64,000 nucleotides of DNA from Iphione sp. A-MEVVRFRX5 (Eukaryota). The stretch spans positions 69,626,001-69,690,000 of the forward strand of contig OZ320318.1 of the NCBI GenBank assembly GCA_976226885.1. The letters are read 5' to 3'. The notes beneath the pieces are model-generated. The model had not been told where the DNA came from. It was given only the letters and a program-made list of their open reading frames with translations, and searched no databases. The position numbers and the translations under genes were made by a program. This document shows, one piece after another, positions 51,163 to 62,508 of the stretch (position 1 is its first letter; the number at the start of each line of letters is the position of its first letter).

Positions 51163-54100
51163 TTAGTCTTCCTTGGATCCTAGTGCTGTTGGCTCAGAAA
51201 CATTACAGAAGATTTGACTCCTCCTCACCCACAGGATGTCCCTCCTCCTGGGACATCTGAGGATATCTGGTGATCCTTCCCTGGAAAGAAGGAATGTCAC
51301 CCTAACTTCTTCCTTTTTCTTCTGTTCTCTTCTTGATGGTCTCAACTTTGCCAAAGTAGGCACTACCAGAGCAGAGTGCTGCAACAAATGCCCCAGTCTT
51401 GGTGATGATGCTCTCCTGGTGTTTAGTAAGAGCCACAGTGGTCCATCCTGGGCAGGGATCTTCTCCTGAATGGCATCCTTGGCAGAAGCAGTTGGTGTCT
51501 CTGATTGCAATAACTCCAGGCTCCTTCTGCATCACTGCATGTACAGTCATGGCGCCCTTGGTTGTCTTCAGTGACACATCACTCAAGAGGTCTGCTGCCC
51601 TGTCAACATCCTCTTGTGTGAAGATGTGGCTGGTGATCTTTGTGGGATTTTCCTTGGTGAGCCACTCATGGAACTGGTCAACACTGGAAATTACTGCTTT
51701 ACCCTGTCTCACAGCATCATCAACCATTCTTTTTATGGTTCCTCTGATCCCATCACATGGCCCCTTACCATGTCCCACCTCATGGTAGGACCATGTGACG
51801 GACCAGCGGAACAGATGGGCGTTGTTAGCAATAAAGTAAAAAATCACCTTATTTCTATACTGACTGCTTGGGCCATCAGTCACATAGTGCACCACTTCCA
51901 CTGGTGCAGACAACTTGTACAACTCTTCATTTATGGATTTGAGGATGGCAGTCACTGTGGTTTGTCCATGAGAAGAAACATCACTGACATATACTCCACT
52001 CTTGTAAGTGATGGTGGAGCATTCCTTCCAGTAGATAACTACTGGATGTAATGTTACCTGCACTTGTCACCAGTAGGCAGACTGAACTTCTTCAACATTC
52101 TTACATGTATAATTTTCAGAGAAGTCCATGAACACTATGGTCTCTCTTGGCTGCAAGGACTCTTTCAACATCTTCAAGGCTTGGTACTGCACATGGATTC
52201 TCTCAACATGGCCCCTGAAGTGATGCAGGTCTGTCAGCAGCTGCTCCCTGAATTGATCTTGTGGTACTTGTTCCTCATGCACCAGACATAAGACCTATCT
52301 TCTGATGTCCTCTCCTTGTCCCAGTTGTAATAGGTGACAGTTTCTTTCAAGAAGCATGCTCCCACTATTTTACTGTCAGTCTTCTCTTTGATGAGGGCAT
52401 CAGGGTTGGTGTTGATTCCTCCTGCTTTGAGCTTTAGAACAATATTCTGATGATATATACATAAAGACAACTGGACCGGCTGGCAAAGGCTGTCAGTTTA
52501 ACATGGGCTGGCCACATTTTGCAGAACACAGGCTTCTCATGATGTTCAGCTGTAAACTTCCTCCACAAGTTGTGGAGGTAGTCTGTCAAGACTCTTGTCT
52601 GCACCCTCAATCCCTTTGACAGTCTGGTACTGTCCTTCTTTCCTGGCTTGATCCTGGAGTTACCATCCCTTTCAAGGAAGGCCACAACACAGTCTTGCAG
52701 CTGACTCCTCATGGCTGGCATACTTCTCTTGCTTGTTGTTCTTTTTCCGCTGAGGTGATTCCTGTTGACTCCTGTATGCAGCCCCACATACCTGAGGATA
52801 TGGTACTTTCTGGCTTGAAAGTACTCTGGTGATGGAATCCTACTTTGTTTTCCTCCTGTCAGCCCCAGCCTTGATTTGAGCCATCAGGACGTGGTGGATA
52901 GTTAGTTTCCTCAGGAGGCCTTGGTGGCTGATGGGGTCAAGGCCTGCCTTCATTGGGTCTTGAAGAGCACTCTCCTTGGTTTTTTTTTTCCTTCTCTCTG
53001 CTTGGATCTTCTTGAATTTTTGCTTCATCCTCTGAAGCCTCTTCTGGAGCTTCCAAACTTGCCTGGTTGACTTCTTGTTGGCATCTCGAAGTTTGGAGAT
53101 CCTCCTGTGGGCTTTAGCCACAGCCCTGCTGGTCCTTTTTCGTGAGTGATCATGTACACTCCTGCAGGTGACAAAGTTGAACTTGACTGCCAGGGTAGCT
53201 GGAGTACTGGTGCCACTTGAGGTTGAAGGAGTAAGATCAGCTGGAGGAGTAAGAGAAGTACTGGCAGAAGTAGGAGTAGACTGGAGAACCTGCTGCTCTT
53301 GCTACTTTTGGAGTTGCTCTGCCTCTTTCCTTGCCTTTAATTTTGCCCTCCTTCTCTCCTGAGCCAGTCTGTTCCTCTCTCTTCTCAGGAGGAGGTCAAC
53401 CGTACTGGCCATTTGTGAAGCTGGGATGTGGTACCTATCATGTAAAGTATGTCATACATCCTTTGATATTCGCTCAGCAAAACGGTCAAAATCGTCACCT
53501 CGAGGTGCTCAGACTAGCTCAAAGGCCCTGTCTGCGTCTGATCTACTCACACTTCGCTAATTGCAATTAGCACCCTGGGCTTTTGGCGGGCTGGCGCTGC
53601 ATACATAAAGGGGTGGTTAGGGGAAGGGAAAATCAGTTCATATCCTGACACGAACAAGACAACATGCCTGTGGCCACCAAGACAACCTCGAAGCGCAGAG
53701 ACCTTACTCTCAAGGAGAAGGTTGATATCATCAAGCATAGCCCCAATAGGAGTCTGCGACAGCTTGCTGAGCAATTTGGAGTGGGCAAAACTCAAGTTGG
53801 CGGAATTCTCAAGAGGAAAGCGGAAATTTTGAATGATTACCAGGGTTGTGCCGACCCTAATGCCAAACGGAGATGCCTATCTGCTGTTTCGTCCACGCTC
53901 GATGAAAAGGTCTTCGCTTGGTTCTCAAGAATCCGATCTATGAACGTCTCAGTTTCTGGGCCTATGTTATGTACGAGGGTGTTGGCAGTATCCAAGGAAC
54001 TCGGCATGGATGACTTCAAGGCGTCATCTGGATGGCTTACAAGATTCAAGAAGCGCCATTGCATTGGCACATTCAAAGTGGTTGGTGAACATGCTGGCGT

Positions 54101-55990
54101 GGACGAAGCAGCAGTGGAGACGTGGCTCGAAAAACTCCCCACCATACTGAAGGGATATTCACCAAGGGACATTTTCAACGTTGACGAATCCGGCCTCTTC
54201 TAGCGAGCATTACTAGATCGTACCCTTAGTGTTAGGGGGTCCGACGTCTCCGCCCACAAGAAATCAAAGGAACGCATCACAGCGATGTTCTGCGTCAACG
54301 CACTGGGCGAATTCCAGAAGACGCTGGTGATAGGCAAAGCAGCGAGGCCCAGGTGTTGGCGTAACGTCAAGGACCTAAATGCACTGCCTGTTGTGTGGCG
54401 AAGCAATAAGCGTGCATGGATGACGACTGTCCTATTCGAAGAATGGCTTCACTCTTTCAACCGAAAAATGCGTGCTCAGGGTCGTCAGGTCTGCTTGATA
54501 ATGGATAATGCCCCCTCTCACCCAGGAGGCTTGAAATTGTCCAATGTCAAGGTTGTCTTCCTCCCACCCAATGCCACTTCAGTCCTTCAGCCCTTGGACC
54601 AAGGAATAATCCAAGCGGTGAAACTCCAGTACAGGAAATCACTCCTGGAATATGTTGTCTCCAGGCTTGATGAGAATGACCCCAAGGCAGCAGTGGCATC
54701 GGTGGACATGCAGCTAGTGGTCAACTGGCTGAATGCTGCTGTGAAGTCAGTGAAGCCCACCACTGTGGAGGGCTGCTTCATCCGGTCAGGTATCAGGCCA
54801 GTGCCTGATGATGAAGAGAGGCTGACCTCCCCACCCCAGCTGGATGATGAACCACTGCTGACCCTGCTGCAGAAGATCCAAGAGGGCATCCCGGATGAGT
54901 CCAGGATGACACCAGATGAATACCAGGCCTTGGATGAGGATGTACCCACTGAGAGTCCTCAAGAAGAAGACTGGGCAGAGGATGAGGAGGAGGAGCAGGA
55001 AGAGGTGGAGGTGGAGGTGGAAGTGGAGAAGTCTGACATGACAGACTCTCAAGTCCAGGAAATGCTCCAGAAACTGAAAAAGCATTTCCTGGCAAAGGGA
55101 GACATTGACTGTGTGGATCTATTGGCTCCCTTGCAGCAATGCCATGCATCCAGATCAATTGCAAGGAAGGTTGTACAGCCCACCATTTCTAGCTTTTTTA
55201 AGAAGTAAATTGTCTCTTACCATGTTCATTATGTTTATTTATTGATGAATAAAATGTCTAAACTAATGGTATTGTCTTTGGTCTGTTCACCATTTGTAGA
55301 GAGAGAGAGAGAGAGAGGGGGAGTTCTGCAATGCGGACGCGTCTCCAATGCGGACGGTTTGGGGAAGAACGGAGGGTGTCCGGAATTGAGGGAGTCTACT
55401 GTATTTAATTTTGGGTGGATACATTTTTATACAATAATTATTTTATTTAATTTCATCTTACTCTTGTGTACAGTATGGATTTTTTTTGTGAATAACACTA
55501 TGAAGCACATACTTAGTGGATGCCTTAGCAGAGAGATACACCCCGACATATATATGCAGTGTATCCTCAGTATGCAGTGTATCCTCAGGCAGAGAGATAC
55601 ACCCCAACTCCAAGGAGTTAAAAATAGTAAATATTAAAATTCAATTTGTATTTTTCTTAAAAGTACTCCATGCATACATGTAAATACTTTATGATAACTT
55701 TTGGCGCTTTCTTCTTGCCAGGCTTTACATTCAGTGATTTTCCAAATTCCTAGGGATTTACATTCATCTATTCCTACAGATACAGACCAAAGTGTTGCAC
55801 ACATATTTCAATTCCTATTTCAATAAATATTTATAAGGTAATTATAAATGTTATCATTCAAATACTATTAAGAAAAATGTTCTTTTACTAACTTCATCAC
55901 TCTTTGTGACTCTTTACTCTTCCATTCTGCTGCATCTGAGCCTTTCTTCTTCATTGCCCTATAATCTTTGGAGATGTCAGCCATGGACTT
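51163..55990 (-). mobile_element. Fragmented DNA-transposon gene, Sola-like assignment tentative, interrupted by a Tigger-like element
   Basis: Motifs VFMDFSENY, QSAYW..QVTLHP, TDGPSSQYRNK and EVGHGKGPCDG..GTIKR (51302-52282). Basic coiled N-terminal pieces at 52840-53400 and 55880-55990. Confidence 0.65.
53664..55208 (+). pseudogene. pogo/Tigger (CENP-B-like HTH + DDE_1) transposase with one in-frame TAG
   Basis: ORFs 53664-54203 and 54285-55208 are in the same frame (DESGLF*RALLDRT). Catalytic D residues in DESG, MDNAPSH and PLDQGII. Acidic tail. Right TIR gagggagtctactg|TA ends at 55401. Confidence 0.92.
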
Positions 55991-56818
55991 TCTTCCCATT
56001 TTTTCTACAAAATAAATCATGTAAAGGGTTAATTGAGGATAAACCCATGTAAAACATTCATTTATTATTTTTTAAAAACAATTGAAAATTGCACAGTGTT
56101 CCTCTTTATGATATAACATGGATAATACTGATACTTCATTTATACCAGAATTTATGTCATTTACGCCATCATTACTGGCGTAGATCTGCTTATACAGTAA
56201 CAATCCAAGAAAATCATATATATTGATAACATATACATTACTACTTCACTATTATATTCTTTGTACAAAAAAATCATACTTTTCCATTATTTTTACCAGT
56301 TACCTTGGGCTAAGGAATTTAATGCATACGAGTTTATTTCAGACGACAACAGATCCGTCCTCGTACGTCTGGTTTTGATCTCAAGGTCAATTTAGTTCCA
56401 AAAAATAACACCAGGGGAAACTACAGTGCCATCTGCTGTAGTTCAAGTTAACACCAGTATTATTTTTTATGATATATTGAAGCTATTAGGAGAACTGTAG
56501 CGTAGAGAAATGTAATCATGCTTAACTTTATGAGCCTCCTTTTTAAAAAAAGAAACATGTAATACCAGTATCTTGGTTTGCGTTATATTGAACCATTTTA
56601 TTTTTTCAAAGAACCTCTGAATGGGAAAAAATAATCATTTTTTACAAATATTCTTAAAATTGAATTTTTAACATATACTGGCCGAAATGAAACCCCACTC
56701 ACTTTCTCTCCAACTGTTCAATGACGTTGGTGCTTGAGAAGAAATGTTCCTGGCATTAAGGAACAGTGCACCTCATCAAAAATACACACGCATCTAACAC
56801 ACAAAAGTTCCTCATTAC

Positions 56819-56870
56819 CCTTAGCCGATATTAAAAGCACTGACAAGGTGAATAGTCGAAGCCAGTCCAT
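56819..56870 (-). CDS. Possible signal-peptide first exon (MDWLRLFTLSVLLISAK-G, phase 1)
   Basis: aaaaATGG start, hydrophobic stretch, AAG G|gtaatg donor. No downstream exon identified. Confidence 0.3.
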
Positions 56871-57429
56871 TTTTTCCGGTCGCTGTTTGCTCATGACTAT
56901 AATTACTTTTGCGATCACCAGCACAGCGAGTCCACAAACGGCTATTAAACCAGCAATATAACTACAGCAGATGGCACTGTAGTTTCCCCCCATCAGATAA
57001 TAGATATTGTCATCCTCCTTCTTTTATCAAAGTTATTTTGTTATTGTCTGACGCGTATATATGCTAACTTTAGTCTACTTTGGTTGGTTTGGGACCATAA
57101 AAACCTCTTCCCGTACCATATTTCATTGTTATGAAACCTAATCGGTACCCATCTGGTTTAGTGTCTAAAAACCTGATAATCATTCACATTTCTGGTTTAG
57201 TTCGCTTGGGTACTAAACACAAAGTTTATCTCCTATTTGCAAGCAGAAATACATATAAAAATCTCACCAAGTCAAACAAGGTTTCCACTGACCAGAACTA
57301 TTTGGGGGCAAAGTTTATATATGTAGTGTAATAAGGTAGTGGAAATGTATGTCTGGTAGTCATACATTTATAGAATTTGTTTGCCTTGATGTAGTATTGA
57401 GTGTGGTCATGCACATGGAATTTACATGT

Positions 57430-58260
57430 TCTATACACCTTCAATTTGTAACATTGGATACCAGTTTATTCAACAGTGATTTGAACACCGCCTTCAAGGC
57501 CTCATCAGATAATGGTTTCTAGTATGGGAGAGATCTGTAGGTGAAAGCCACACCAAACTGCATCCCATTTGTCATGGTAACTAAGCATATGAGGCACAAC
57601 CTGCTGGAGTCAAAGACTCAGATTTTTGGCCACTCTTTGTAGTGCAACTTGACTGAAGTTTATTCCAAGAAGGAACAGACAAGAATGGCAAGAAACCCTC
57701 CCAGCTCAGTCCCTTATATAGTCAGTGTTAACCTGGCTGGAGAGGCACAAACTCCAGTAAGCTCTGGCAATGCCCAGCCAACTCCAGTGAAATTTATGAC
57801 TCCGCCGAACTCCGGCTGGAGTAAAGCTAATCTTTGGCACAGGCCCAACAGTATATAACCACAAGTTTTAGCATTCTTCAGAGCTTTGTAAGTGTTGGAG
57901 AAGGTGTACTATGACTTTGTGGTATGATTCCTGTCTGATAACTTCCTCAAGTCATCACCAAACTCAGTTCGAGCTCTTGACATAATAGTCCAGTTCCTGT
58001 AACATTTGTGCTGCTTTGGTTCTGTATTGTTGCAAGCAGCATTCTCACATGTAGCACACACTCTACTCTTGACACCATAGGTTATTATTTTGCCAGTGTT
58101 TCCCCTCACAACACCCAATGGCCAGTGTTTTAGTTGTAGCATCTACCAGTCTCTTTCTTGAAGTATCCTGCATCAAAACTGACAAACCATCAGATGCCTT
58201 CTGCTTCTCACGTTGCAGTTATTTCCTCTTTTAAAGATTCTTCAGGTCTCTTCAAGTCTT
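57430..58260 (-). pseudogene. Kolobok-type / 'Mutator-like' transposase remnant
   Basis: TGKIITYGVKSRVCATC...HKCYRNW (C2HC motif), interrupted by the LTR at 57649-57850. Confidence 0.55.
57649..57850 (-). mobile_element. Solo or partial LTR of the same Gypsy family
   Basis: Shares ccagctcagtcccttatatagtcagtgttaacctggctggagaggcac ... ggcacaggcccaaca with 12450-12664 and 16318-16461. Confidence 0.85.
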
Positions 58261-58945
58261 CAAGTTCAGTGACCTATTCAATAAAAAATGAATGAAATCA
58301 GCTTATCTCTTGTAGTTGTAGAGGAACTCAATTTTATTTTCTATATAACAATAAGCATTGACTATTGTAGCACCCATTTCTTAAATGAGACATGACTCCA
58401 GCTTAAAAGAGAGGAACTTTGTTACTGAAGAAGGTAAGTGAGGTAGATCTAGGTACAAAATGCAACAAGCCCTCTGGGGCAACTCCTTATATACCCCTAA
58501 GTCCCGCCCTGCTGACTTTTGCCGCATGCTGTACAATGATGGTGTGCTGCCTCCTGCACTCCAGCCTCTGTGCGCTGCACACCACTACATTACCCTCCCT
58601 CTAAACATGCTTGTCCCCAAGCATCCTGGCAACTTTTAAAGTCCAACAAAACAGGACATCCAATGACATTACAAGTCCAGGGGCAGTCCAATCTAGTCCA
58701 GGAAAATTGTCCATACTTCCAGTCCAGGGGCAGTCCGATCTAAATGAGGAAAATTGTCCAGACTTCCCATATGGTGACCTCAGTGCCACATGAGCCTGAG
58801 AGCCCATCATGCCATGTAGCCAGGCAGTGGACAGCTCAGCTTTGTGTCAACACCAACTTGTATCCTGTGTACCAGTGAGATAGGATACTACCAGGGTCCG
58901 GGGCCCCGTACCAGGGTTCGGGGCTTTTTATTCATAAAGTAATTA

Positions 58946-59124
58946 CAGTGGAGTCACTATTTCCGACCTCCTCGATCTCCGACCATTCTTGCTATTCCAA
59001 CCAGTTGAGGTGGGAACAAAAGCACTGTATTCTATAATTAACAATTACTGATTTTCAACCATTCTTGCTATTCCAACCATTTGAGCTGGGACCCAACCAC
59101 TGGTCGGAAATAGAGACTCCACTG
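58946..59124. mobile_element. 179-bp Tc1/mariner-pogo MITE
   Basis: TA TSD. 23-bp TIR cagtggagtc(a/t)ctatttccgacc (22/23 match). Confidence 0.9.
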
Positions 59125-59929
59125 TATACTTACACATTGGTCAGAATGACTTATCTCAAATAATGTCTTACAGTGGAAATTCTTCTTTGATTAACTGAGA
59201 GTTCTTGGGCTTATGACTAATGACACATGTAGGCAGTAATAAATATATGATAAATATATGAAATTTCAGTTACATTCTATAATGTTATGTATCACTTCAA
59301 TCACAGATGATATAATAGTTACCACCATTTCTTTGAAATGATTGATCAGGTAGTAAAACATTGCGTAGAATGACATCACAGGTAACTTCTTACATGACAA
59401 AATTTTGTTATTTAAACTCAGCTCTTTGTCTTATGACTGACAGTATAATGAAACATGCAGAGAGCAATAGATATATGATACATAGATAAGTTCTACATAA
59501 ATACATAAATTGTCAGTTTCATTCTAAGAATATGAATCTCTGTCCCTAGTTTTGCTGTCACAGCTGTTCCAGTAATAGGTAGTATCACACATTTCATCAT
59601 GAATATGATTACAAGAGTATATCAACATGACATTTATTTGGTGATCAATACCATCAATATCACAATGATATAGTGAATTCAAATATTTCAATTCAGACTT
59701 GTATAAGATATTTTCTGTGATTTTTCTTTACCACTGTGAGAAAACAAAGTATTTACACACTTGTGAATTTGGGGTGCAATCAGAACACAAGTGAATTCAA
59801 ACATGGGTCAGTTTCAGCATTTTACGGTTTTGTTTCATACCCTTTCCTTTGAAGCAACTGCTCTGTTTTTTCAGCGTATGATGAACCCATGCTCTATAGT
59901 ACAGCATCATCATGTATACTACTGATGGC

Positions 59930-60740
59930 TCACAAGTTGGGTGCCCATGTAAGTGCTTCACTCAGACGTTTACAATAGTCCTTGCAAAGAACATTTTTAG
60001 TGTGATAGACTAGCCTGGCCATCAGGCCAGGCCCATGAATGAGTTGTGGGAAGAAATGATTGAAAATTTCCTCCAAAATGATAATAAATGATGAAATACT
60101 ATGTGATGGGATAGTGAGGCCCCCTGTTTCAATATGGTCATATTGTTTTTTTAGGAGGAAAGCATAATCTTGTTTGTTGCTGACATTTCTCAATTGTGCT
60201 CTTCACATTTCCTGACACTTGAGACAGTTGCATTTCTCTGCTGCTTTCTTTGCTAGATAACTGCCTATGTAGACAGATACATTTTTTTCCACCTCAGACA
60301 ATACAATGGCAGTGGATGCATATGTCAGTGGCAAATCTGCCTTCATGCTATCACCTGAAGTACATGTCTCTTCTTTTTTTTGTCGCAACTTAACCCCCAT
60401 TAGCATGCTTTCCATGTCTCCTTCTCAGTTGGCAACTTTACTCAACATGAACAGAGAATCAACAGTGGACTGCTTGTATGCAGCCATGAATTGTACCATA
60501 TCTGGATTGTCCCGATGGCCACCCTTCCCTCTGATTGTACTAAAGAAGTTTTCCAAAGCAACTTGGGTAAGCTTACGTGTAAGTATAAGCTTCATCCCAT
60601 AGTGTACAGTACATGTCTCCCACAATTGTTGTAGAGCAGGTATGTTCTGGATTTCTGGATCCATCCATCCAAATATGGTGGGAATGTGTTTTTACCTGTT
60701 TTGAGGGTTTTCAGGCATTCTATCATATGATCCAGGTAGA
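59930..60740 (-). pseudogene. P-element/THAP9-like transposase C-terminal remnant
   Basis: LTRKLTQVALENFFSTIRGKGGHRDNP...QFMAAYK; YIGSYLAKK...C..C; GGLTIPS. Confidence 0.8.
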
Positions 60741-60744
60741 TTAA

Positions 60745-61810
60745 CCCTTTACAGACCGGCAAAAATTAGGTTTTTGGAATGGATGAGTGTAGTTTGATAT
60801 ATCTTGCTTAGCTGCAAGGTTGAATACTGGAAATGCTCTGTAATATCATATATTATGTGAAAGCCCTTGGATTCCATGTTGTTTTGAAAACATCATCATT
60901 TCACATTTTTGGTTGCCATGGCAACATGACAGGATTGAAAGCAGCAGGTAATTTAAAAAATGTAACTAAAATTTACGTTAATTTACATTACTTGCAGGCA
61001 AACCCTAAAAAATATTGCTCAGAGAAGAAAATTTTCAATTAAGAAAGTGTTCAGCAGGTGATTTCCAGTGTTTTGATACCTAATTTATATCTGTATGTGA
61101 TCTAGAACCCATTTTGTTATGACCTGGAGGTGTACATGTTTTGCATAAAAACAGCACATTACCATATGCATCAGCATCACTGATGCAAATCTGATGCATT
61201 ATGGGATATATAAAGAATAGACATAATCAAAATTGGTTGAAGAGTACTGGTCAAATATGACTCCCAGCAAAACAATCTATAAATTTCCTCCTCATTTTTA
61301 TGGCAGAAACTGATAAAAGACAGTATTTATTACATAAAAGACATATGTAATAATCAGAAAATATTGTGTAATAATAGCATGTCATTTAATGTCTAAATAT
61401 AAGAAGGTATAGAACATCATGTGGTATACTTTTAGTATTGTTTCCTCTAAAGATTCAATTAAAACTTTTAATGAGGTTAAGGGATAGACCCTCTAACATT
61501 TCACAGATATATTGTTAGAATATAACATTAATTAATCAGTTATTTTAAGTTTTAAGACTTATTTCTACTAATATATCTATAAACATATGTAAATATGCTG
61601 AATTTTGAGATTTTCACAGGTCATGTGACTGGTTTTCCATGGTTACTGAATGATATTTCCAAAATTTTATGTGACCATAAGTTAGACAGAGTAATCATTT
61701 ATATTTTCACTAAAAATGATTAAAATGGACAAAGGGGTTAATATCAGACTTCTTACTTGAATAGCATCGTGCAAAAATGCACGAAATCTCTATGGCTGGT
61801 CTGTAAAGGG
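60745..61810. mobile_element. Non-autonomous piggyBac-like element (1066 bp)
   Basis: TTAA|ccctttacagacc ... ggtctgtaaaggg|TTAA. Confidence 0.9.
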
Positions 61811-61915
61811 TTAAATGGCTTGAATCAGCTGTTATAGGGTATCGGAAAAGAACAGTCCCTCCAAATGAACTGCTATTTAAACAGGCTGTTTCAAACGTGG
61901 CAATCACGTGTAACG

Positions 61916-62148
61916 TCGGTGCTACCGTGTCTGTAATGTCTTTGAGGATGAAGACAGTTGGGATGGAACCCAGTTGGCAGGGAGAGGAGAAGTACAAGCA
62001 TGTGTCGTTCAGGTAACTGTTCCATGCCTATTGTGATGTCAGTGTAAACAAAATGTGGCTTTTATTTACTGATGACAATTATTGGGAATGATAAATGTAT
62101 CAAGTCCCCATTAAACGGTTTCGACAATGTAGTCTCATCAGGCACCAA
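61916..62148 (-). ncRNA. Type I hammerhead ribozyme with an extended loop III, in the 3' region of the PLE
   Basis: ttggtgc-CTGATGA-GAC(tacatt)GTC-GAAA-ccgt ... 186 nt ... acgg-T-A-gcaccga. Stem I 7 bp (one G-U), stem II 3 bp, stem III 5 bp, GUA cleavage triplet. Confidence 0.7.
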
Positions 62149-62508
62149 AAATAATAAAGATTAATTTGATGACAACCGGTCACGGTGTCAGCCATGATGG
62201 CTGATCTTGACAGGATGGCCTGTGACTGTCTGTAGGCCAGACGGTGTCCAGGTTGGGCTCCCATGGGGGCCTATCTCCATTACTGGTCCATGGTGGTCCA
62301 TTATTAGGGACAGTAGATGCCCATAATCTGTGAGTATGTCATACCAAGTGGCATTGTACATCCCATTTACCGGTTGTCTAACACCAATAGGGTGTTACTC
62401 CCTGGAGTGTGTGTAGGTAGGTCCAGTAGGGGCCGTCCACCGGGGGTAATAGGTCAATTTTTATGTACGTGGCTATGTCCGGTGGGGTCCCTGGTCTGGT
62501 TACACACT

